Part shown: one piece after another, positions 21,418 to 30,129 of the stretch
How positions within the stretch are numbered: the first letter of the stretch is position 1
Layout: the number at the start of each line of letters is the position of its first letter
Origin: an uncultured Planctomycetales bacterium
GTDB taxonomy: Bacteria; Planctomycetota; Planctomycetia; Pirellulales; Pirellulaceae
Assembly (NCBI GenBank): GCA_963695405.1
Contig: CAVOGJ010000003.1
Span: forward strand, 1-64,000
Direction: 5' to 3'
Length of the DNA: 64,000 nucleotides
Position numbers and translations under genes: made by a program
The notes under the pieces: model-generated
Database searches by the model: none
Told to the model about the DNA's origin: nothing
The model's input: only the letters and a program-made list of their open reading frames with translations

Positions 21418-22488
21418 ATGCGTGAAATGCTTGATGAAAAACTGGCGCGTTTCGAATTTCTGGAAGGACAGATGGTCAATCCGGAGGTGCTCAACGATTC
21501 GAACAAGATGGCTTCCGTCGCGCGCGAGCATGGATCGTTGGCCAAGCTCGCGACGACCTATCGACGATATCGCGCGATCCGTGACGAGATTGCCGAAACG
21601 ACTGTTTTGATCGAAGGAGACGATCCAGACATGGCGGAGCTGGCGGAAGCCGAGCTGCCCGAATTGCGCGAGCGACGCGAAGCGGCCTGGAACGAACTGC
21701 TCGACTTGACGCTCGGTGGGGAAGACGCCAACCGGGATCGTTGCGTGATGGAAATCCGAGCGGGGACGGGTGGTGATGAAGCGGCTTTGTTCGCCCGGGA
21801 CCTGTTCGGCATGTACAAAAAGTACGCGGAGGTGAAGGGCTGGAAGATCGAAGTCCTCGATTCGAGTCCTACCGAATTGGGCGGATTCAAGGATTTGAAC
21901 TTGGCCATCGCCGGGGAGGGCGTCTACCGCGAATTGCAATACGAGAGTGGGGGCCACCGCGTCCAACGCGTCCCCGAGACCGAGACCAAAGGACGTATTC
22001 ACACTTCGGCCGCGACCGTCGCGGTGTTGCCCGAACCGGAAGACGTTGAAGTTGACCTCAAGCCGGATGACTATCGCGTTGACAAATTTCACGCGAGCGG
22101 ACCAGGCGGGCAGCATGTCAACAAGACCGAATCGGCGATCCGCTTGACGCACCATGAAACGGGAATCGTGGTATCGTGCCAGGACGGCAAGAGTCAACAC
22201 AAGAATCTCGCACAGGCGCTTCGGGTGTTGAAAACCCGCTTATACGAAAAGAAACGTGAGGAAGAACACGCCAAGCGCGCGGACCATCGCAAGACGCTGG
22301 TCGGCTCGGGGGACCGCAGCCAACGGATTCGCACTTACAACTTTCCGGAGAACCGTCTGACCGATCATCGCATCAATTTGACGCTGTACAAACTGGACAG
22401 CATCGTCAACGGGAATTTGACGCCAGTCATCGACGCCTTGATGGAACACGATCGTGTTGCCATACGCAGCTCGATGGATCCCAATTAA
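21418..22488 (+). CDS. prfA: peptide chain release factor 1
   Basis: [11 protein letters not shown] motif; RF1-type tripeptide region (PET); canonical prfA-prmC arrangement. Confidence 0.9.
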   Translation: MREMLDEKLARFEFLEGQMVNPEVLNDSNKMASVAREHGSLAKLATTYRRYRAIRDEIAETTVLIEGDDPDMAELAEAELPELRERREAAWNELLDLTLGGEDANRDRCVMEIRAGTGGDEAALFARDLFGMYKKYAEVKGWKIEVLDSSPTELGGFKDLNLAIAGEGVYRELQYESGGHRVQRVPETETKGRIHTSAATVAVLPEPEDVEVDLKPDDYRVDKFHASGPGGQHVNKTESAIRLTHHETGIVVSCQDGKSQHKNLAQALRVLKTRLYEKKREEEHAKRADHRKTLVGSGDRSQRIRTYNFPENRLTDHRINLTLYKLDSIVNGNLTPVIDALMEHDRVAIRSSMDPN

Positions 22489-22532
22489 GCTTCGTCTCAC
22501 CCCGCACGCACACGCTTTTCGCCCTGACCGTC

Positions 22533-23411
22533 ATGAGTGACAACGAATCCTGGACGGTACTGCGGTTGTTGCAGTGGACGGAAAAGTTCCTGCGGGATCA
22601 CCATTCGGAAAGTCCACGTTTGGATGCGGAGATCCTGCTCGCCGCAGCGCGCCAATGTCAGCGTATCGACCTCTATATGGCCTTTAATGACGAAGCGACC
22701 GAGGAGGTACGAGCCAACTTTCGCGATCTCGTACGGCGGAGGGCTGCCGGCACGCCGGTCGCCTACCTCGTTGGCAGCCGAGAGTTCTATTCCCGTTCGT
22801 TTACGGTGACGCCAGACGTGCTCATTCCACGACCTGAGACGGAATTCGTGCTGATCGAGCTGCTGGACCGCGCCAAACAGCAAGCGACCCGCGATTGGTC
22901 AATCGCCGACGTGGGTACCGGCAGTGGCATCTTGGCGATCAATGCGGCTCTGGAACTGCCCGCGGCGCGGGTCGCCGCGTTTGATCTCAGCCCTGCGGCG
23001 CTGGACGTCGCCAGGCAGAACGCGCGGACTCACGGAGTCGAAGCGCGGCTTGATTTCTATCAGGGAGATCTCTTTGAGGGCTCTTCGTCGCTTCCCACCT
23101 TTGACTTTGTCGTCAGCAATCCTCCCTATGTCAGCGATTCGGAATTCGACGCACTGGATGCCGGCGTGAGGGACTTCGAGCCGAAAATGGCACTCGTCGC
23201 CGGCCCCAATGGAACCAGCGTCATCGAACGCCTGATCCCTCAGGCTGCCGAGCGGCTGCGACCTGGTGGATGGCTGATCATCGAAATCAGCCCGATGATT
23301 GCTGCCCGAGTTCGGGACTTGCTGAACGCGCATCCCAGCTTTGCTACGCCGCACACGGTCAAGGATCTGGCACAATTGGCCCGCGTCATCACGGCTCAAA
23401 GAGTCGCCTAG
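22533..23411 (+). CDS. prmC: release factor glutamine N5-methyltransferase
   Basis: SAM-binding DVGTGSGILAI and catalytic NPPY motif; located directly after prfA. Confidence 0.85.
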   Translation: MSDNESWTVLRLLQWTEKFLRDHHSESPRLDAEILLAAARQCQRIDLYMAFNDEATEEVRANFRDLVRRRAAGTPVAYLVGSREFYSRSFTVTPDVLIPRPETEFVLIELLDRAKQQATRDWSIADVGTGSGILAINAALELPAARVAAFDLSPAALDVARQNARTHGVEARLDFYQGDLFEGSSSLPTFDFVVSNPPYVSDSEFDALDAGVRDFEPKMALVAGPNGTSVIERLIPQAAERLRPGGWLIIEISPMIAARVRDLLNAHPSFATPHTVKDLAQLARVITAQRVA

Positions 23412-23607
23412 GAACGCGTGGGAGAAGATTCGTCACATGGCATGATGATCGGCGGCCCTGGACCATTTTGCGTCGACGGCGATAGCCTGAAGAAGAGGAA
23501 ACACAGGTAAGTAGCGCGCACAGGGTTCGGCCCTGATACTTGCTTCGCGGATCTTCGTGACTGGGTGTTTGCACGCGTTTCTGGCAGGTTGCCGCAACAG
23601 AAAAAAT

Positions 23608-23637
23608 GGCGCGCCCGCGGCGCACCGTCGTGAACTC
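23608..23637 (-). terminator. intrinsic terminator of the flotillin operon
   Basis: About 20 nt past the flotillin stop: 8-bp GC-rich hairpin (GGUGCGCC-GCG-GGCGCGCC) followed by U6 on the minus strand. Confidence 0.5.
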
Positions 23638-23655
23638 ACGTTGCCGCTGCATCGA

Positions 23656-25341
23656 TCAACGGGCATCATCCGTTGACGAGGGCGCCGTTTCTTCCGGCGC
23701 CTCCGGCTGTGGCTCGGCGACTTTGGACCATTCCTTGGCAATGCGATTCACCGGTCGCGCGTCATTGCCGACCACGCCATTGGTTTCCTCCTCATCATGG
23801 AATTTGATGAGCGAATCGGCGAATTCGACCCCACCGATGTCCTTGAGGACCTGCATCATGGGTGGCAACGAACGGGCCATCCCCTTTAAGAAGTCAGCCG
23901 TGTTACTCGAGCCATTTCCATTGCCTCCTTCCCAGACCACGACCTTATCGAACTTGATGTTGGAAATGGCCTGAGCCGACGTTTCGGCCAATTTATCGAG
24001 GTGCTCCAGCATCATCATCTGGAATGCCTCTTTCGTACCGCCGCAGGCCTCGACAATCTGCTTCAGTCCTTCGCCCTTCTTTCTCAGGATCTCAAATTCG
24101 CCACGGGCTTCGGCCTCCAACCGCGCGTAGATCGCATGGGCGTCCGCATTGGCCGCGATTCGGAGCTTTTCCGCTTCCGCCTCGGCCTCCACAATGGTCT
24201 TGGCCTTCGCCGCCTTGGCGGGCGCCTCCCATTTCGCTCGGGCCTCGGCTTCCAACCGCTCGGCATTGGCGAGGGCGGCCCTGGCCATGGCCAGGTTCTG
24301 GGCCTCAAGCACCTTCGCCTCGGCCTCCTTGCTCCGTGTTTCTGCTGCCTCGTATGCCTCGGCCTTGCGAATCGCGAGTTCAGCCCGCGACTGGGCGATC
24401 CGCGCCTGTGCCTCGTTTTCGCCATCGATCGCCTCGGCATCGGCACTGGCGACCGCTACGCGCATCGTACGTTCGGCGTCCTTAACCTCCGCTTCTCGCT
24501 GATAGGCCGCCTGCTTTTCGCCAATTGTCTGCTCCTTCTCCATCTCGGCAATACGAATGGCCTTGTCGCGATCTGCCTGTCGAGTCCCGATCAGTTGCTC
24601 TTTCTCCGCCAGGGCGACTTCGATCGATCGATCCCGATGGGCTTGGGCGACGCGTGTTTCGCCGGTCCGCTCCTCTTCAGCCACGTCACCCCGCGCTTGC
24701 TGAATCGCCTGCGAGGCCGCCTTCTGGCCAATCGCATCGATATATCCCGACTCGTCGGTGATATCTGTGATGTTGACATTGATCAGCTGTAGGCCGATCT
24801 TATTCAGTTCGGGTTCCAACGACTGTTGGATGTGTTCCAAAAAGGTGTCGCGATCCCGGTTGATCTGTTCGATCCCCATCGAGGCAATGACTTGCCGTAG
24901 TTGCCCAAAGATAATCTCCTCGGCCTGTTTCCTCACCTCGGGCGTAGATAATCCGAGCAATCGAATCGCCGCCTGGTTCATGACGGAGGGTTCGGTGCCC
25001 ACCGCCACCGTAAACACACTTGGCACGTTGACGCGGATATTTTCCGACGACAACGCTCCCCGCAAGGGGATTTCGATTTGAATCGGGTCGAGACTGAGAT
25101 AGGCATAATCTTGTAGCAAGGGAATCACGAACGCAGCACCGCCATGAATCGTCTTGGCGGCGCCACCGCGACTGGTTTTGCCAAAAATGACCAGGATGCG
25201 ATTGCTGGGGCAGCGTTTAAACTGCTTAGTTACGAGCAGTAGTAACGACAACATACCCAGCAGTGCGACCACAAAGCCGGCGATCATGGTCGTGCCGGCG
25301 CCCGTCGTCAACGCGAAAGTTACGATTTCACTTGAAAACAT
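23656..25341 (-). CDS. flotillin / SPFH-domain protein (YqiK-like)
   Basis: N-terminal TM segment, SPFH/band-7 domain, and a long Ala/Glu-rich coiled-coil (EA repeats) typical of flotillins. Confidence 0.8.
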   Translation of the reverse strand: MFSSEIVTFALTTGAGTTMIAGFVVALLGMLSLLLLVTKQFKRCPSNRILVIFGKTSRGGAAKTIHGGAAFVIPLLQDYAYLSLDPIQIEIPLRGALSSENIRVNVPSVFTVAVGTEPSVMNQAAIRLLGLSTPEVRKQAEEIIFGQLRQVIASMGIEQINRDRDTFLEHIQQSLEPELNKIGLQLINVNITDITDESGYIDAIGQKAASQAIQQARGDVAEEERTGETRVAQAHRDRSIEVALAEKEQLIGTRQADRDKAIRIAEMEKEQTIGEKQAAYQREAEVKDAERTMRVAVASADAEAIDGENEAQARIAQSRAELAIRKAEAYEAAETRSKEAEAKVLEAQNLAMARAALANAERLEAEARAKWEAPAKAAKAKTIVEAEAEAEKLRIAANADAHAIYARLEAEARGEFEILRKKGEGLKQIVEACGGTKEAFQMMMLEHLDKLAETSAQAISNIKFDKVVVWEGGNGNGSSNTADFLKGMARSLPPMMQVLKDIGGVEFADSLIKFHDEEETNGVVGNDARPVNRIAKEWSKVAEPQPEAPEETAPSSTDDAR

Positions 25342-25425
25342 CTGATCCCCCTTTAATTGGTGTTGTGCGATGTGACTGGAACGTCGACATCAACAAGACT
25401 GACGATCGACCGATCTAAACATGGA

Positions 25426-26097
25426 TCAAGTGACTCCCCCTTTCCGCGCTCCCGCAGGCCATGCCTGCGTATCATCAGGAGCGACTTCCAGCAGTCGCGG
25501 GCCCAGAACTTCCGTGACCACGATCTTCGCGCCCGTGATCAATCGTTTTGATCCGGGCGTCACCGCCTCGAATTCCATGACGCGGTCATCCATGTGGATT
25601 TGCACCTTTCCGCTGCCTTGCCGCTCGGCAGGCACAGGCAAATAGACGGTTCCGCCATGTCCGAGTGCTTCATCGACCCGCACCGTTCCGTCGTGATGCA
25701 ATCCGTAAAGGAACTTCATGACCTCGGTGACGGCGAACAGGGCGGCCAAACCGACCGCGGCTCCGATCAGCAGGGCGGGTACCGGGGCGATACCGCTTTG
25801 CAAGGACGCCATACCGCCAAAGCCGAAAAAGGCGATAGCTGCGACGACGGACCGTAAGGACAATCGTCCGAATGCGGATGTCGACGAACCTACCGGGCCG
25901 GAATCCGCGTCCGCGGCAGGCAACCCCGCTGGCACGTGACCGCCATCGAGGTCCATGTCACCACCGTCCCCTGCCCAAACTTCGTCTCCGAACTCAAATT
26001 CATCGCCGCCCAACCCCAGCAAGGACAAACCAAGCTGCAGGAGGAGCACCGTCGAGCCGATTACCGCGCAAAACAAAAACAGTTGGAACATGGCCAT
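25426..26097 (-). CDS. NfeD-like membrane protein (YqiJ-like flotillin partner)
   Basis: N-terminal TM helices, an acidic linker, and a C-terminal OB-fold-like beta domain; positioned immediately upstream of the flotillin gene as in yqiJ-yqiK. Confidence 0.6.
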   Translation of the reverse strand: MAMFQLFLFCAVIGSTVLLLQLGLSLLGLGGDEFEFGDEVWAGDGGDMDLDGGHVPAGLPAADADSGPVGSSTSAFGRLSLRSVVAAIAFFGFGGMASLQSGIAPVPALLIGAAVGLAALFAVTEVMKFLYGLHHDGTVRVDEALGHGGTVYLPVPAERQGSGKVQIHMDDRVMEFEAVTPGSKRLITGAKIVVTEVLGPRLLEVAPDDTQAWPAGARKGGVT

Positions 26098-26401
26098 TTC
26101 TCCCGCGAGCGGCGGCGATCGGCCGTGGGAAAGCGGCCTTGATGCGCCCCGTTTTCTCGCCGCGGAAATCCTAGCCGGGCCAGCCCAACCGCCGAAAAAC
26201 GCCTGTTTTGAAAGGGTGTTCGCTTTTCGGAATTTGGTGGACACTTAGTCTGCACGAGGGGAGAAAGGGGAAGTGAGCCCACGCTCGACTTCCTTACGAC
26301 ACCCTCGGCGGTCAGAAAAACGACGCCGACGTGGCGCACAGGCCGCCCTCAGGAGAATGCCGCCCGCGACCCAGGGCGGACGACGGCCGGCAAGCGCCGA
26401 T

Positions 26402-27214
26402 TTATTCCGGCGCGATGGCGAGCATTTCCTCGCACACTTGATCGATATCCGCCGCGGAAATGGACGGTTTCTGATCCGCATAGCCGATCAGTAGCGCCAG
26501 GTCGCACAACCGATTGATCTTCCGCGGAACACCGCGCGTCAAAGCGTGGATGGCGTCCATCGCCGGCGACTCGAATATCGTTCGTTCGGCGCCAGCATTG
26601 GTCAGCCGATGGCTGATGTAGCTTGCCGTTTCGTCGGCAACGAACGGGCGGAGTAGGGTCCGCACCTCGACTCGTTCGCCGAGCGGATGACGCTGCAACG
26701 TGGCAAGCAGTTGCGGCTGTCCCACGAGCAAGAACGTCATGTTGGGTCTCCCCTGCGTTTCAAAATTCAGCAACAGCCTCAAGGCCTCGAGCGTGTCCGG
26801 GTCCTCGATCAAGTGAGCCTCATCGACGGCGACCACCGCGTGCTTACCGTCGGCGGCATTTTCGGCCAAATGACGCTGGATCGACCTCACGCTGTGACTA
26901 ATGGAATCAGGCGGATGGACTTCCCCGCCGATCTCCGTCGCCAAGAAGGCGAGCAGTTGGTCGGCTGGCATTTGCGGAAAAACGACATGCACGCACGGCT
27001 GGATGTCTTCCGCGAGTTGCGCGAAGAGATTGCTGACGATGAGCGATTTTCCCAAGCCACCCGCCCCTGAGAGCACTGCGCCGCCGCGACGTTGTTCGAC
27101 ACAGTAGCGCAGTTTCAACTGCGCTCCTTGGTGAATCTCGCTGGGATAGTAAAGTTCGTGAGCCGCGCCACTCTCAAACGGCTTGAACTTCAGATTCCAA
27201 TAGCCTTCGTACAT
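26402..27214 (-). CDS. ExeA/GspA-like AAA ATPase (MshM / PEP-CTERM-locus secretion-ATPase-like)
   Basis: N-terminus …FKPFESGAAHELYYPSEIHQGAQLKLRY… then Walker A GAGGLGKS and Walker B VVAVDEAH. The fold is collinear with ExeA/TIGR03015. No C-terminal peptidoglycan-binding extension. Confidence 0.7.
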   Translation of the reverse strand: MYEGYWNLKFKPFESGAAHELYYPSEIHQGAQLKLRYCVEQRRGGAVLSGAGGLGKSLIVSNLFAQLAEDIQPCVHVVFPQMPADQLLAFLATEIGGEVHPPDSISHSVRSIQRHLAENAADGKHAVVAVDEAHLIEDPDTLEALRLLLNFETQGRPNMTFLLVGQPQLLATLQRHPLGERVEVRTLLRPFVADETASYISHRLTNAGAERTIFESPAMDAIHALTRGVPRKINRLCDLALLIGYADQKPSISAADIDQVCEEMLAIAPE

Positions 27215-27291
27215 CGTGATTCTCGCTGTTGCACCAGAATAATTGGGGCCCGCATCGAACAGGCACATGGGTCGTCATCGACGTGGATAAA

Positions 27292-28335
27292 TTAAATGTC
27301 CTTCCGCTGGCCGGTTTCCGCATAAAAATTTTCGACCACCGCGACGGCCGGCAAGCCAGCATCACTTAGCCTGGCACAAGCGTCGTCCAGCTGAGCCACA
27401 GTCGTATGGCGGACATCGCGCACCAAGAGCGCTCGATCGATCGTGTCACCCACCATGTCGCAGAACCACCGGTAGGCGGCCGTGAAGATGGGACCAGCGT
27501 CAACGATGACCAGCTCAAAGGCATCCGAAAGTTCGAAGATCATCTTCGCCCGCGCGTCGGCAGAGCGTGGCAGCTCGACGACGTTCGCACCCGGTCGTTT
27601 CAGCGGTAAGACCACGAGCTTATCGTGCAAGGAACCAATGGCGGCGGCGTTCAAGCGGGCCGCCTCCGAGCCGTTGGTCCAGTCGTCATCAAAGGCGATG
27701 CCGAGGGACGATCCGATCGTGGGATCGTCGAGATCGCCTTCCACCAGCGCGACCGAAACATTGTAGGAAGCGGCCATGCGGGCGATGCTCAGAGCCACCG
27801 TGGTGGCTCCTTCCCCCTTGGCGAACGACGTGACCGCAACGACATTCTGGCCCTTCCACGCACCATTCAGCAACGGTCGTACAATCCGCGACAGCGGTGT
27901 CGCCGCATGTTCCGCAAGCCGTTGGCAGACCGACGGCCAGCGAAATTGGTCCACTTCCCAATCGGGCAACCACTCCACCGATTTGACGGCCGAAGGCGAG
28001 TCCGTGGACACGTCGGCTTCCACTCCCAGTTGATCGGCGGCGGCCAGCACGCGAGCCACTTGGTCGGTTGTTTCACGCGTGGCCGAAGAGGAGACCGTTT
28101 CTGGGGCAATGCTCACGCGGGAAACGCCTGTCCGCTCGGGTTGCGCGTCCACGCTCGCGGCCGCAGCAAGGTGGAAAGCGGATGACTTGATATGGTGTCC
28201 TCGCAACAGAATCCGGTGATCCCTCGTCCAAACGAATTCGCTGGGAGCGACCACCGGACGCTTCCTCGTCCAGACGCTGGGGAGCGTTGGGCAAAACGAA
28301 GATCGATCCATCCGCGATCGACTTCGGATCCTCAT
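27292..28335 (-). CDS. MinD/ParA-BY-kinase-like P-loop ATPase with degenerate Walker A
   Basis: …QNVVAVTSFAKGEGATTVALSIARMAAS… plus FELVIVDAGP resembles the CpsD/CapB BY-kinase core, but the P-loop Lys is replaced (GEGAT). The N-terminal ~150 aa is uncertain. An overlapping ORF in another frame (28073-28540) suggests a possible further frameshift. Confidence 0.55.
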   Translation of the reverse strand: MRIRSRSRMDRSSFCPTLPSVWTRKRPVVAPSEFVWTRDHRILLRGHHIKSSAFHLAAAASVDAQPERTGVSRVSIAPETVSSSATRETTDQVARVLAAADQLGVEADVSTDSPSAVKSVEWLPDWEVDQFRWPSVCQRLAEHAATPLSRIVRPLLNGAWKGQNVVAVTSFAKGEGATTVALSIARMAASYNVSVALVEGDLDDPTIGSSLGIAFDDDWTNGSEAARLNAAAIGSLHDKLVVLPLKRPGANVVELPRSADARAKMIFELSDAFELVIVDAGPIFTAAYRWFCDMVGDTIDRALLVRDVRHTTVAQLDDACARLSDAGLPAVAVVENFYAETGQRKDI

Positions 28336-28542
28336 CGGCAGAAGTGGTTGGCGACAAGAGTACCGTGGCTGGTGGCGAATCGGTCATGCCGGCATACACC
28401 TGGCTTACGGCACTTGGGGCAATCGCGATGTGCGGGCCTCGTGGCTGATGCGTCGTCTCCGGGTTTCCGCTCCGAGCCAGTCGCTCCGTGGAGTGACCGT
28501 CATCGAAGATGCGAATAAAGGCGTTATCGGTGACACCCATGG

Positions 28543-29799
28543 TTATCTCGCGAACTGTTGAATAGTTCCGTCCAGCCGAATCGGGCCTTGCGGAGCGGTG
28601 GTTGGAGGAGGAGGCACGGGATTCACCGGCGCGGCAAGAGTCGGCTGCCGATCCGGGTTGGCAGTCGTGGTCGCAGCCACAGGTGCCTGGGCCTGGAGAC
28701 CGTCGGTGGGCCGTTCCCTCGGGTCGGCCAAGGTCGGCTGATCTGCCTTCGCTGGCGCGGAAGTCGCCGGCCAGGGAATATGGCGTACCGCAGCTTTGGA
28801 CCGGTTATGGCCTGCTGGTGAGTCAGCGTCGACCGTGGCATCCTGCTGCGAGCGATCGGAGAGGGAAGGGTAGCCGGTTGACGGATATTGCGATTCGTCG
28901 GCCCCGGCTGCCGAGTCTTGTGGAACGCCGGTCTCCATATCAACGAAGACGGGCCGATCCATGACCACCGGAACGTTGTCACCCGACGGCTCGCCTGCGG
29001 CCGGCAACGATGGCCGCTGGTTCACGGGCGATCGCTGAGCCACGCGGAACTCCACCGACTCATCAAATGGGCTCGCCGTTGGTAATGACCGGTCGACCTC
29101 GTCGGCGACGGGGCGCTGTTGCAGATTTTTCCAAGCCATCAGCAAGAGGATGACGGCGAGGATCACCGCCACCGTCTTCACGACAAGATCCACCAGGTTG
29201 GTTTCGCTCGAGTTGCCGACAGCAACGTGGTTTGCCGGTATCTCCACCGGCTCTGACCGACTCGCGCGTGATTTGCCCTTGGCGACGCCGTGCAAATCGG
29301 GACCAAGCGTCGACCGAGTTCGGTCGGCGGCCATGGTGTTCGATCTGGCATCCGACGGCTTCTGTCGCTCGGCCGGATCGGCCAACTGGGATTGCAACTG
29401 GGACCGTGCCTCGTGCCCAGACGCTCCGGAAGGGCCGTGAGCGGCATCTTCCCTCCGGATCCAATTCAGGCTGGAAGTGGACTTTGTCGATGCGGCCTTG
29501 GACTCGCTGTAAGGCGGATCGAGCAAGTCATCGAGCTGCGGGTCCGTCGAATCACGCCCGGCCAATGGATCGCCCGGCGAGAAGTCGTCATCGGAGTCGG
29601 ACGAGTCGCCCGACGGCTGGGTATGGCCGTACTGGTGAGCGGTGTCGATGCGTGCTTGCCGTGACGGGCGGCGACCCGGCGAAGACGTGACATCTGGCAG
29701 CTGCGCCAGCACTTGCGGCTGTCCGTGGGGCAGCGGTTGGCCGAATTGCGTGATTGGCCGCGGGGTCGATGAGGTGGCTTCATCGGCGTGAATCATCAT
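28543..29799 (-). CDS. Pro/Ser/Asp-rich single-pass membrane protein
   Basis: One central TM helix (LVDLVVKTVAVILAVILLLMAW); flanking low-complexity acidic N-region and Pro-rich C-region; first gene of the operon. Confidence 0.5.
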   Translation of the reverse strand: MMIHADEATSSTPRPITQFGQPLPHGQPQVLAQLPDVTSSPGRRPSRQARIDTAHQYGHTQPSGDSSDSDDDFSPGDPLAGRDSTDPQLDDLLDPPYSESKAASTKSTSSLNWIRREDAAHGPSGASGHEARSQLQSQLADPAERQKPSDARSNTMAADRTRSTLGPDLHGVAKGKSRASRSEPVEIPANHVAVGNSSETNLVDLVVKTVAVILAVILLLMAWKNLQQRPVADEVDRSLPTASPFDESVEFRVAQRSPVNQRPSLPAAGEPSGDNVPVVMDRPVFVDMETGVPQDSAAGADESQYPSTGYPSLSDRSQQDATVDADSPAGHNRSKAAVRHIPWPATSAPAKADQPTLADPRERPTDGLQAQAPVAATTTANPDRQPTLAAPVNPVPPPPTTAPQGPIRLDGTIQQFAR

Positions 29800-30129
29800 T
29801 TCCTCGGGATGCTAGGCCCTAAATGCGCATATAGCGTGCCTGGGACGCGGTCTCGGTACGATTGGTATCGGTTCGGACTGAGACGATCTTGAGCATCGTG
29901 CGGGTTGCGATGATCGGTTTGCCCCGGTTCCCGCTTGTCCCCCGCCACCGGCCGGCGGCGGGAGCGGCTGGGGGTGGGACAGGCAGAGGGACAAACTGAG
30001 GCCCGATGAGGAAATTTCGGGGTGAGTTGCGACTTGTAGCCGACAGGCGGCGCCTTAATACTAATGAGACCAAGGGGGCCGAAGGCAAGCTGCCTGCCCT
30101 CGCAACCACGAAGATGTTCGGAACTACCT

